A DNA stretch of 27,531 nucleotides. It comes from a virus. Its lineage: Duplodnaviria > Caudoviricetes. Below are positions 9,168-17,993 of the stretch, one piece after another (position 1 is the stretch's first letter; the number at the start of each line of letters is the position of its first letter). Location: positions 1 through 27,531 of the IMG/VR virus record IMGVR_UViG_3300038530_000595, one strand, 5' to 3'. The position numbers and the translations under genes were made by a program. The notes under the pieces are model-generated. The model saw only the letters and a program-made list of their open reading frames with translations, was not told the origin of the DNA and made no database searches.

Positions 9168-11288
9168 TTAAGCTTTCGGAACAAAGTATAAATTATCTTT
9201 TTCATTAAATGATAATGTTTTTGTTGTTTGACCTTTTGGAAGAGTACCACCTGGTAAAAATGTTTTACCTTGTTTCAATGGAGCAAGAATTTGTTGTTGT
9301 GGACTTCCACCAGTAAAAGTGTATGCACCAACTAGTTCGTTTTCTATTGCAGTCATTGCATTTAAATTTTCAGCTTGTGCTCTTCTAACTGCCCTCAAAC
9401 CTTTTTGTAAACTATTCACAAATGTTTTTTGTGTTGTACCTGCTAATGAAAAATCTAATGTGCCATCTTGATTTCTTTTAATGATTCCATCGGATAAGAA
9501 ACCTTGAATTAAAAATTCCACATCTCTATTGGATATTGAATTAGCTGATTGTGTTGAACCTAAAGTAACTTTAACAACATCTTGTAAAGCCGCTCTTAAA
9601 TCATTAACTCCGATTTGTTTTGCATCAAATCCTTTTGGTGGTTTAGCTCCAAAAAAAGCAAAAAATTGTGAACCAAATTGTTTAGCACTAGGTCCACCAC
9701 CTACTATTTCTGGTGCTCTCATGATTACAGATTCAAGTAAGGAACCTGCAGTTTCAGCACTTGATGCTTTTGATATTGCATCTGCATAATCATTTTTATA
9801 TTTTCTTTGTGCTTCCGTTGTAAGAAATTTTTTCTTAAATAAATCTTTTTGTAAGTCATTAAAAGATTTGTTTTTAGCATTTATTGCTGCTTGATATTTA
9901 GATGCAAAGGTTTTATCCATAATGTTTTTTGGTAGTTTACCACCATTATCCATATAATCTTTGTTTGAAAATCTAAAGGTGTCACCCTCTTCGTAAGTAA
10001 CTCCTTTGTATGTTAAGCCACCTTTACCAACAACAAAGTCTGTAAATGTTCTTTGATCTAATCTATCTTGTGCTCTTCTTTTACCTATTTCACCAATACC
10101 ATATTGTAATGCTGCTAAGTCAACTTGTCTGTTAAAAGCATCCCTAGATTTTTTGTCTTTAATAAATTCATCGGCACCTTTTTCCAATGCACCTGCAATG
10201 TTAGTTATTGCATCTGGACTTTGACCCGCTGCCATACTGAAAAATATTTTTGCAATGGCTAAACTTTTATCTACACCTTTATACTCTGGTGCATTTTGTT
10301 TAAATTCTTGCATTAATTGTTTAAGTTCTGCTTGTTGATCTTGTGGTTTACCACTTTGTATAATTTCAGCAACTTCAGTAGCATCTTTAGCTTGTGGTTC
10401 GACCTTGTCTGCTTCATCAATTTTGTCTGCTTCATCAATTCCTTGTGCGACACCACCTTCTTGATCCAAACCTTTTTTCTTTGTGACATCACCCTCTGGT
10501 TTAACAAGTGGCAATTGTCCTTGTTGCATTCTTGTTTGTTCTTCAATTATCTTTTCTTGATCCTTTGACATGTCTGTAACAATATTAGTATCATCACTAA
10601 TAATATCAGCAGGAGTTTTAGGAAAAGGTTTTGGACCTTTGGAACCCTCTGGTACTACTTTAGTAATCCGACCAGGCACCATCCCAATAGGTCTACCAAA
10701 ATTTTCATAACCTGGTATATTTTGAATATTAGGTATTTGAGTAATATCAACACCTTTCAAATCTATATTACCCTTTCCAGTTTCAAGTTTTTTCTGAACA
10801 CCAGGAGTCATCCCACTAAATGGTTTGAATATATTCATCAAGCTAGCCACACCTTTTGCAGGAGTATCTATCAAAGTCTCAGTAATTGATTTACCTAGCT
10901 GACTTACTGCTGCTCCACCAGGACTAGTTGCTTCTTCTGGTTTAAAAAGTGTACCTCCTAAAGTTTGATCTTTAAATTTTGGTCTATTTAATCTTTGTTC
11001 TGCTATCTTTTTTATATCTGATCCAGATAAAGTAATTGTTGGTAATCTATTTTTTGACACAATTCCACCAGATGGATTTCTTGAGCTTGTCATGACATTT
11101 GGGGAGTTTATAAGTCGTCTTGCTTGAGTTGGTGAATACCCTTGATCTAACAATTTGTTAAACTGAGACTGTCCAAATAATGAGGACGGAAAAATTGATC
11201 CACCATTACTAAAATTAGCAATACCACCCATAGCATTCAATTTGTTACGAGCGTTGCGGTTAAACATTTTACGATTCATAAAACTCAT
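9168..11288 (-). CDS. Internal virion (ejection) protein, 706 aa
   Basis: Position among the ejection genes. MNRKMF and GG motifs at the N-terminus, helical-looking C-terminal half. Confidence 0.55.
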   Translation of the reverse strand: MSFMNRKMFNRNARNKLNAMGGIANFSNGGSIFPSSLFGQSQFNKLLDQGYSPTQARRLINSPNVMTSSRNPSGGIVSKNRLPTITLSGSDIKKIAEQRLNRPKFKDQTLGGTLFKPEEATSPGGAAVSQLGKSITETLIDTPAKGVASLMNIFKPFSGMTPGVQKKLETGKGNIDLKGVDITQIPNIQNIPGYENFGRPIGMVPGRITKVVPEGSKGPKPFPKTPADIISDDTNIVTDMSKDQEKIIEEQTRMQQGQLPLVKPEGDVTKKKGLDQEGGVAQGIDEADKIDEADKVEPQAKDATEVAEIIQSGKPQDQQAELKQLMQEFKQNAPEYKGVDKSLAIAKIFFSMAAGQSPDAITNIAGALEKGADEFIKDKKSRDAFNRQVDLAALQYGIGEIGKRRAQDRLDQRTFTDFVVGKGGLTYKGVTYEEGDTFRFSNKDYMDNGGKLPKNIMDKTFASKYQAAINAKNKSFNDLQKDLFKKKFLTTEAQRKYKNDYADAISKASSAETAGSLLESVIMRAPEIVGGGPSAKQFGSQFFAFFGAKPPKGFDAKQIGVNDLRAALQDVVKVTLGSTQSANSISNRDVEFLIQGFLSDGIIKRNQDGTLDFSLAGTTQKTFVNSLQKGLRAVRRAQAENLNAMTAIENELVGAYTFTGGSPQQQILAPLKQGKTFLPGGTLPKGQTTKTLSFNEKDNLYFVPKA
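10405..10440. repeat. Perfect 18-bp tandem duplication, in frame (IDEADK x2)
   Basis: ttgtctgcttcatcaatt at 10405-10422 and again at 10423-10440. Confidence 0.95.
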
Positions 11289-12166
11289 TTAAATAAACCA
11301 CCTAGAAGACTACCAAGTCCTCCTCCTGCTGAACCACCACCAAAGGCTCCAAGAAGACTAGCAAAACCACCTGCTAATCCACCAATTTGAGATAGTCGGC
11401 TAGGATCGGGAGTCGTAGTTGAAGTTAGTGTTGATTGTGTTGATGGCACACCTCTAAAAATATCTGACATAAATGACAATCTTTGATAAGGTTCAAACTG
11501 TTGTTGTAAAGATGTACTTCTTAGGGCATCTAGTTCAGCTTGTTGTTGTCCTTGTTCTATTCCACCTAATTGTGATAATAAATTAATATCTCTTAATTGT
11601 GCTGCTTGTTGTGCTTCACCTAAACCTGCAGTTGCTATACCTGCTTTTGTAAATAACTCAGATGCTTTTTGTGCTCTATCTTGAGCAGACTCAAAAGCTT
11701 GCGCTCTAAGACCAGCAGATTGTCTTGCAAACGTATCAGAAAGATTTCTTTGTAATTCTTGTTCTGCTATAGCTTGTCTAGAGCCACCAAAAGCACCACT
11801 TTGTATGGCTCCACTACCTATTCTTTGTCTTTCAAGATCACCTTGTCTTTGAATATCTTTTAAGTTTTGATCTATAACTTGATCTACAAAAGGATTCATA
11901 AATGCATCACTAGCACCAGGCATTAACGCAGCTATGCCCATGCCAACTGTATCTGCTCCACTTTGTAACAAGTTTTGAAAACTACCAATACCCGCTGCTC
12001 CACGTTGAATTGCAGCTAGTTGTAAAGGTGTTAGACCTGCTATTTGAACATCTGGAAAATCAACTGGTTGTGTTGCAACTGTACGTGTATCAGCTAGTAA
12101 GTCGTCAATAAATTTTTGTTGATTTTCTGGTAATATGGTTTTTGATTCAACTGTTTGTACTGCCAT
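11285..12166 (-). CDS. DNA transfer / ejection protein, Gln-Ala-Gly rich
   Basis: FMNPFVDQVI...GAFGGSR motif typical of podovirus pilot/ejection proteins, plus a Gly-rich hydrophobic C-terminus. Confidence 0.6.
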   Translation of the reverse strand: MAVQTVESKTILPENQQKFIDDLLADTRTVATQPVDFPDVQIAGLTPLQLAAIQRGAAGIGSFQNLLQSGADTVGMGIAALMPGASDAFMNPFVDQVIDQNLKDIQRQGDLERQRIGSGAIQSGAFGGSRQAIAEQELQRNLSDTFARQSAGLRAQAFESAQDRAQKASELFTKAGIATAGLGEAQQAAQLRDINLLSQLGGIEQGQQQAELDALRSTSLQQQFEPYQRLSFMSDIFRGVPSTQSTLTSTTTPDPSRLSQIGGLAGGFASLLGAFGGGSAGGGLGSLLGGLFK

Positions 12167-12540
12167 TATGCCATTCCTTCAAACTTGTCCATTAGATCAT
12201 ACATTGTTGCTATGCCTTTGTCTATGTTTCCATTACCCGCACCTTTCACGGCCTTTTCTGTAAAAACAAATTCGTTATTAGATAATGCAGCACGTTGCAC
12301 TGGTTTACCATCTTGAAATATCATTCCTGGTATACTGTCCGAGGTCCCAGTTCCAGGACCCTTTATTACACCACCAAACTCTGGAGATCCACCATCCATC
12401 AAAGCACGGATACCACCACTATTAGTTGGCGGATTCTTTTTAGCCATAACTGCATCTTCAAGTTCTTCAATAGAACTATAAGCCATACCAGTATTCGGAT
12501 CGTTAAAATTTAATAAAGCACTTATTCCAGTCTGCATCAT
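12166..12540 (-). CDS. Phage protein with GPGTGTSDSI motif
   Basis: GGVIKGPGTGTSDSIP...LSNNEFVFTEKAV, a motif also seen in tape-measure C-terminal regions. TAATG coupling to the next gene. Confidence 0.6.
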   Translation of the reverse strand: MMQTGISALLNFNDPNTGMAYSSIEELEDAVMAKKNPPTNSGGIRALMDGGSPEFGGVIKGPGTGTSDSIPGMIFQDGKPVQRAALSNNEFVFTEKAVKGAGNGNIDKGIATMYDLMDKFEGMA

Positions 12541-12764
12541 GTCTTTACTTTAATTGTTCCATTATCATTAAACAAAGCACCCGCCTCTAAATTAGTATCA
12601 TCTGTCGGTAAATCAGTCAAAGTAATCTTAGTGCCTCTAAGTTCACCAGGATTTTGCAATTGTGTTAAAAGTTGACTTAAACTTCTTACCATTTCACTAA
12701 AATATTGTGGATCATACTCATCTGGTGGCAAAGAAAAATTTGGTGGTACAAGTTGCCTACTCAT
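12537..12764 (-). CDS. Small hypothetical virion/tail-associated protein
   Basis: 75 aa with ATGA overlaps on both sides. LPPDEYDPQYF motif. Confidence 0.6.
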   Translation of the reverse strand: MSRQLVPPNFSLPPDEYDPQYFSEMVRSLSQLLTQLQNPGELRGTKITLTDLPTDDTNLEAGALFNDNGTIKVKT

Positions 12765-14323
12765 CTATCTCCATCCGCTCTTATATCAACTCTTGGTGTG
12801 CCAAACCTCCAATGAACTTTCGGAGTTGTGCTTTCTACTCTAAGACCAAATGATCTTCCACGCAATCTTAAATGATTTAATTCTGTAGAAGAAGTTATAG
12901 TATTTGTAGATGTTTTAATAAATCCACCTGCGGGACTTCTTTGTGCTTTTAATGAAAATATTGCTTGTTTATTATCATTACTGATACCAGCATCACTATT
13001 ATCAAAACTTACATCTGGTATCATTCTTCTTAAAAATACAAATTGATCTCCATCTTGTATGTCAATTGGACTTGATTCGATAAATGATGTAAATGCAGTG
13101 CCATCATTATCGTTACCTTTTTCGTGACTATAAACAAAATTAGAATCTGTTGCCATTGGATATTGATATACTCCACGATCTATCCAAGCACTTCTTGCTA
13201 AATTGCCAACATACCAAATTTTTTGATCATAATTATAAACAACATATTTATCATTTTCATCGGTGCCACCATTTAAAGCAGAATTAGTATTAGATGGATA
13301 AAACCAAAAAACTTCGCCAAAAGCTGAGTTTACACCTGCAAAAACTTTATCTGATTGTGTTTCGTTAAAATCTTGAAACACATGATCTCTAACTGTGCAA
13401 GGTATAACTTGAACACGACCATCATAGATATAAAATCTATCGTAACCCATCCAATAAACTGCGTCACCTACTGCAACTGCTGAATTAAATCCTCTAACTG
13501 TTATAGCACTTGCTAATTGATTAATACCAAAAGTAAATGGAGGTCCTATAAATTGCATACTATGCACAGATGAATCTGTTAAAACGATCATTTCTCGTCT
13601 AGTTTTTACGGCAGTAATAATTTCTGATCCAGAACCAATTCTTAAATCACCAGCGGTATTTGTAGCAGTTGGTGTCCATAAAAATGGATTTTCTTGTGAA
13701 CTAAAACGAACAAGCATCCTATCTTGCACTGCCTGCCCTATTGGATTTGCGCCAAAGCAAATTACATGACGATCTCTTTCAGATACAATTACTTTACGAG
13801 ATTTAGTTGGTGCAGCATCTGATAATTCAATTAAATTTTTTGCTCTTGCACTAGTTCCAAGAGTTTTGTCCCAGTAAAAAACAAAACCATCTCTTTGATT
13901 GATTATTAAATCTTCACCAAAATTATCTTGTGACCAAAGTCTCAACGTGCCACCACCTACCAAATCAGTTGAAGCTGATCCCCAACCATCTGCACCCCAT
14001 GTACCCGCACCCCAACCAGTGCCTGGTACAACTGTATTAATGCCTATATTTAGTTGATATTCAGCATCTGCTGAACCTGCACTGGACAAAGCAGCTGCAG
14101 CATTTACAGTGTTTCCATCAGAATCATTTGGAATAGTTATGACATAACTATTGTCATTAGTTATAGATGTTATAGAAAACTCATTATTTAGTTGAGTATT
14201 TAAAGAAGTATTACCAGTTGTAGCATTACTAAATGTTACAAAATCTCCTTCTAAAGCTCCATGCTCTGTGTCATTAACAGTAATACTATTGCTATCAGTT
14301 GCAGATGTAAAAGTTATTGCCAT
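12761..14323 (-). CDS. Tail nozzle / DNA-stabilisation (P22 gp10 / T7 gp12-like beta-propeller) protein, main part
   Basis: LRLWSQDNFGEDL, RFSSQE, GPPFTFG, AVYWMG..FYIYDG, EVFWFYP, YVVYNY...WY and C-terminal R.RGR...LRVES...WRFG.PR.DIRADG.R. SD-like AGGTGAT upstream of the ATG. Confidence 0.7.
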   Translation of the reverse strand: MAITFTSATDSNSITVNDTEHGALEGDFVTFSNATTGNTSLNTQLNNEFSITSITNDNSYVITIPNDSDGNTVNAAAALSSAGSADAEYQLNIGINTVVPGTGWGAGTWGADGWGSASTDLVGGGTLRLWSQDNFGEDLIINQRDGFVFYWDKTLGTSARAKNLIELSDAAPTKSRKVIVSERDRHVICFGANPIGQAVQDRMLVRFSSQENPFLWTPTATNTAGDLRIGSGSEIITAVKTRREMIVLTDSSVHSMQFIGPPFTFGINQLASAITVRGFNSAVAVGDAVYWMGYDRFYIYDGRVQVIPCTVRDHVFQDFNETQSDKVFAGVNSAFGEVFWFYPSNTNSALNGGTDENDKYVVYNYDQKIWYVGNLARSAWIDRGVYQYPMATDSNFVYSHEKGNDNDGTAFTSFIESSPIDIQDGDQFVFLRRMIPDVSFDNSDAGISNDNKQAIFSLKAQRSPAGGFIKTSTNTITSSTELNHLRLRGRSFGLRVESTTPKVHWRFGTPRVDIRADGDR

Positions 14324-14326
14324 ATG

Positions 14327-14896
14327 TTAATCACCTACCACCACAGTCGATTCATTACTTATTTCTACAATTACTGTTCCAACTGCACCAGTACCAAATA
14401 AATTCGCAGAAGTAGGAGGAGTGTTTATAGTGACTGTTCCTAACTCTGTAGTTCCTAATATTCTTAAATTATTTTCTGGGTTAGTTGACTTAACTGGATA
14501 AACAGACTCAATAACAACTGTTCCAACACCACCTGTACCAGTACTACCTGTTACATCAAATTCAATTGTCTTACCATTAATATCAAATACAACCTTTCCG
14601 CCAACAACTTTTCTTCTAAGCGGTGTTATATCTTTAAAACCTTCAGATTCCTCTATGTAAAATTTAATCTGTGTCCCAAATCCAAGATATTTGTTGCCCT
14701 CTAAATTTGCCCACGCATGTAATGATCTTGCAACTCCTAAAAATGTATTACTTGAATATTTTTCCCATCCACCAAGTTTTTCTGGGTAACCAAAACGAAA
14801 ACGAATCAGATCGCAATCATTCCAACCACCTTTGTTAGAATAAGATGTTGTTTCTTTGTTAATACCAGGTCTAAATTTTAAAGATGTAATAGGCAT
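14327..14896 (-). CDS. N-terminal segment of the nozzle protein fused to a Val/Gly/Thr-rich beta-repeat tail
   Basis: MPITSLKFRPGINKETT...GGW.DCD.IRFR.G.PEKLGGW...DITPLR resembles the usual N-terminus of the downstream protein family. Same frame as 12761-14323. Confidence 0.65.
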   Translation of the reverse strand: MPITSLKFRPGINKETTSYSNKGGWNDCDLIRFRFGYPEKLGGWEKYSSNTFLGVARSLHAWANLEGNKYLGFGTQIKFYIEESEGFKDITPLRRKVVGGKVVFDINGKTIEFDVTGSTGTGGVGTVVIESVYPVKSTNPENNLRILGTTELGTVTINTPPTSANLFGTGAVGTVIVEISNESTVVVGD

Positions 14897-14902
14897 AACA
14901 AG

Positions 14903-14931
14903 ATTTTATATTAAAAAACGTGATTATGCAA
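14903..14931 (-). promoter_or_regulatory. Sigma70-like promoter, probably giving a leaderless mRNA
   Basis: On the - strand TTGCAT (14931-14926), 17 nt, TAAAAT (14908-14903), then 6 nt to the ATG at 14896. No SD sequence. Confidence 0.6.
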
Positions 14932-14945
14932 TATTACTAACATGA

Positions 14946-16079
14946 TCAAAAGAAAAAGTATAAATCACCAACTCTTGAAAGAATATATTGTCTCATTCTT
15001 TTGAAAGCAAAATCTAAATCATTTAACAAACTTTCAATGTCCTCTGTGCCAGTATAAATTCTTAAATACTGACCAGATGGTACATAACTTGAATTTAATT
15101 TTCTACTTTTTGAAATATCTGTTGTTGCTAATAAACTATGATGTCCCCCCCACGAAGTGCCTATTTTAAATATCTTACAATTGTTTACTAATTCATTAAT
15201 AGCTTCCTTAGAAATATTATCTTTAAACTCCATAGCAAATACACCCGAAGCACCTTTAAAATCTTTTTTCCATACTTGATAATCGGGATGATTTTCTAAA
15301 GCGGGATGAATAACTTGTTTTACTTCTTCTTTAGTTTCTAGAAAATTTGCTACTTCAATACTGTTATCAGATGATTTTTTTAGTCTCATTGATAATGTGT
15401 CTAAACCTCTAAGAACTAAATAAGCATCATCAGAACTAACACATATTCCACAGTTTCTGCACCATCTTTGTAATTCTGTTAAATATTTTTTATTAGCTAA
15501 CGTCACGCCCATTAATACATCTGAGTGACCTGAAGCGTATTTACTTATAGCTTCAATCACTATATCAGCACCAAATTTAAATGGATTTAGATATAAAGCA
15601 GTTGCCCAAGTATTATCCACAATAGATTTTACATTACGTTTTTTACAAATATCTATTACTTTTTTTATGTCTGTTATTTCAAAAGTATATGTACCAGGAC
15701 TTTCAACATAGATTGCTTTTGTATTTCTTTTTATTAAAGTTTCTAATTTTTTTAAATTTCTTGGATTGTAAAAAGTAAACTCTATTTGTAGTCTAGGAAA
15801 TTCTTGTTCAATGTATCTTCTTGCAGATTCTAGTATGCAGTCTGGTATTAAGATATGATCTTTTGATTTCAAAACTGACATCAATGCAGCAGTAATAGAA
15901 GTCATACCAGAGGGTGTTAAAACACAACCATGCGCCTTATAAAGATTGGACAAACGATTAATTAATAAATCAGTTGTTGGTGTTCCGTCTCTTCCATATC
16001 TACTCTCAGTTCTAAAATCTTCCATGTTAGAACTTGTAATTGTAGTTGCTCTATGGATAGGTGGAGACAATGTATTCAT
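14946..16079 (-). CDS. metC: Cystathionine beta-lyase-like PLP enzyme (Cys/Met metabolism family)
   Basis: YGRDGTPT, TPSGMTSI, ESPGT, VDNTWAT, SKYASGHSD (PLP Lys180), SWGG and LRIYTGTED are MetC-type motifs. Confidence 0.85.
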   Translation of the reverse strand: MNTLSPPIHRATTITSSNMEDFRTESRYGRDGTPTTDLLINRLSNLYKAHGCVLTPSGMTSITAALMSVLKSKDHILIPDCILESARRYIEQEFPRLQIEFTFYNPRNLKKLETLIKRNTKAIYVESPGTYTFEITDIKKVIDICKKRNVKSIVDNTWATALYLNPFKFGADIVIEAISKYASGHSDVLMGVTLANKKYLTELQRWCRNCGICVSSDDAYLVLRGLDTLSMRLKKSSDNSIEVANFLETKEEVKQVIHPALENHPDYQVWKKDFKGASGVFAMEFKDNISKEAINELVNNCKIFKIGTSWGGHHSLLATTDISKSRKLNSSYVPSGQYLRIYTGTEDIESLLNDLDFAFKRMRQYILSRVGDLYFFF

Positions 16080-16657
16080 GGAATTTGCACATCTACTTTA
16101 ATATTACCTGAACATATAACACTATCTCGACCAAAAGATCTATGTGGTAACCAACCAGGAAATAATATTATATCTCCTTCTTGAACTATTATCTCATGTT
16201 CTTTGTTTTCTGCTACAAATAAAATTTTTCTAATATCATCACATTTTAAATACCAAACAAAACTATAATATCCTGGTGCAGATCGATGTGTATGTAATTC
16301 AAAATGTGTTTGTTCTGTAAATTCAGTTACCCACAGATCTAACATATTTATATGTTTTGGATATTTTGCAATAGCGTCTCTTAAACTAGTACAGTAATGA
16401 GTGCAGTCAACAAACAAGTCTAATAATACATTTGCAAGGTATGGTTTAATATATTTATCTTGTATTTCTGTAATTTGATGCAAGTCCATTTTACTAAAAA
16501 ACTTTGGTTCAACACAAGACCTTACTTTATTATCTACTACATATTCATTCTGTATCGGATGTTTTTTAACATCATCGATAAAAGACTTGTTAATACTCTT
16601 TGTTATTTTACCAAGAGCTATTTTTGTGGGTGTCATTATTGAATATACTGAGTTCAT
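16076..16657 (-). CDS. Putative 2OG-Fe(II) oxygenase / cupin (HxH type)
   Basis: LWVT...HTH...YSFVWY...EGDIILFPGWLPH...SGNI. Confidence 0.7.
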   Translation of the reverse strand: MNSVYSIMTPTKIALGKITKSINKSFIDDVKKHPIQNEYVVDNKVRSCVEPKFFSKMDLHQITEIQDKYIKPYLANVLLDLFVDCTHYCTSLRDAIAKYPKHINMLDLWVTEFTEQTHFELHTHRSAPGYYSFVWYLKCDDIRKILFVAENKEHEIIVQEGDIILFPGWLPHRSFGRDSVICSGNIKVDVQIP

Positions 16658-17340
16658 ATTGGATTACCTTCTTTGTCTATAATACCATATTTTTTATGTG
16701 ACTTACATTTAGGACATATATCACAAGTCCATTCACCTGAGTTACAACTTCTAACTAATTTTTTTAAATCCATTTCCAAAAAATCCCAAGATTCTTTTTT
16801 GTTTTTAAAACTGTCTATTCCAGTTCCTTTATAAATTGTAGCTGGGGTACAATAATGAATGTCTCTATTAGTGCCTCTATTCCCTACATCCAAAAAATAT
16901 TGAAAGTTTTCGTGAGTAAAATATCCAGGATAAGTGCCTAAACCATAAAACTCATCAGGATTGTATCTATCTCTTAAAATATCATCTGAAAAAGTAAAAT
17001 GTCCTATCCACATTTTTTTTATTCCATAAGTATTACAGAACTGAGAGGCAAAAAAAGCACCCCATTGATTATCTGAACCAAAATAACTGCGTTCATCATG
17101 TTCATCTAAAGTTGTTAATACAGTGGCCTGTGAGTATTCAAAGTCTCCGTATTTTTCTCTCATATATTTTAGAACGTTATTTGCTGCAATATTTTGTAAT
17201 CTAATTCTAAGTTGAGCTCTTTTTGCCCAACCCATTTCTATATATAAAACTCTTACTTTTTTCTTTTCTTGCAAAAAGTGTTTTAACAACACTGTACTAT
17301 CTATACCTCCAGAGAAAAGTAGTAATTCTGTTTCACTCAT
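16654..17340 (-). CDS. QueC-like PP-loop ATPase (7-cyano-7-deazaguanine synthase fold)
   Basis: LLLFSGGIDST at the N-terminus and a C-terminal Zn-type cluster SCNSGEWTCDICPKC. Confidence 0.75.
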   Translation of the reverse strand: MSETELLLFSGGIDSTVLLKHFLQEKKKVRVLYIEMGWAKRAQLRIRLQNIAANNVLKYMREKYGDFEYSQATVLTTLDEHDERSYFGSDNQWGAFFASQFCNTYGIKKMWIGHFTFSDDILRDRYNPDEFYGLGTYPGYFTHENFQYFLDVGNRGTNRDIHYCTPATIYKGTGIDSFKNKKESWDFLEMDLKKLVRSCNSGEWTCDICPKCKSHKKYGIIDKEGNPI

Positions 17341-17346
17341 TGAAGG

Positions 17347-17982
17347 TCAACCCTTTGGGTAGTTTTCAGATGCAAAAGTTGGTAAAGAGTTTGGTCTGTC
17401 TCTGATAAAATCATATCTCGGTCCAGCACCAAAATAATTAATATTAATTGTTATCCTATACGGAACATTGGTTGGAGATGAACTTGAATGAGGCGTTGCT
17501 GCGTTAAAAACAAGTAATCTGTTTTCAATAGCTTCTATTTCAGTACCATCTGCCATGTATGTTGGAGCATCACAAGTAGTTACATAAAATAAAGCTCCTT
17601 GATGAAACATCTCATAATCAATATGAGGAGCATGTATATTATGATCTCCTGTCCTAACATATAAATTAGCTTTGATTCTCATTAGAGCGTTGATGTGTAT
17701 TTTAGATGACAAGTTAATAAAAGGATCAATGTTAACGTCATTTCTCCATTGTTCTTTAGCATAATCTTGAACACTAAATATTACTTTAGCAAGATAAAAG
17801 TCTTCATTGGAGGTATCATGCATGTTTATTTTTTCACTCACGTTCCAACCCATTCCTGAAGTCATATAATCTTTTAACAAACCAAATTCTTGCAAAGGAA
17901 GAAAATTGTCCCAAACGGCATAATAACATTCACCATAAGTGTTATGTTCTTTACAACTTTTTAAAAATTCATCTTTGTTCAT
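17347..17982 (-). CDS. 2OG-Fe(II) oxygenase
   Basis: RIKANLY, PHIDY (HxD), ENRLLVF...PH, and RITININY. Confidence 0.8.
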   Translation of the reverse strand: MNKDEFLKSCKEHNTYGECYYAVWDNFLPLQEFGLLKDYMTSGMGWNVSEKINMHDTSNEDFYLAKVIFSVQDYAKEQWRNDVNIDPFINLSSKIHINALMRIKANLYVRTGDHNIHAPHIDYEMFHQGALFYVTTCDAPTYMADGTEIEAIENRLLVFNAATPHSSSSPTNVPYRITININYFGAGPRYDFIRDRPNSLPTFASENYPKG

Positions 17983-17993
17983 ATTTATTCCTT

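Noticed and set aside
6628-9789. Antisense + strand ORFs (131, 88, 67, 207 and 86 aa) inside the ejection genes
   Set aside because: They are shadows of the coding strand's codon bias: Ser/Pro/Ala-rich, with no recognisable motifs, and fully nested in longer genes.
14324-14329. Genome-wide stop-codon reassignment as the explanation for the split nozzle gene
   Set aside because: TAA, TGA and TAG all end intact genes in this window, and no other gene looks fragmented.
16654-17340. Canonical 7-deazaguanine DNA modification cluster
   Set aside because: There is no folE, queD, queE or dpdA here, so the queC symbol is withheld. The rest of the genome cannot be excluded.
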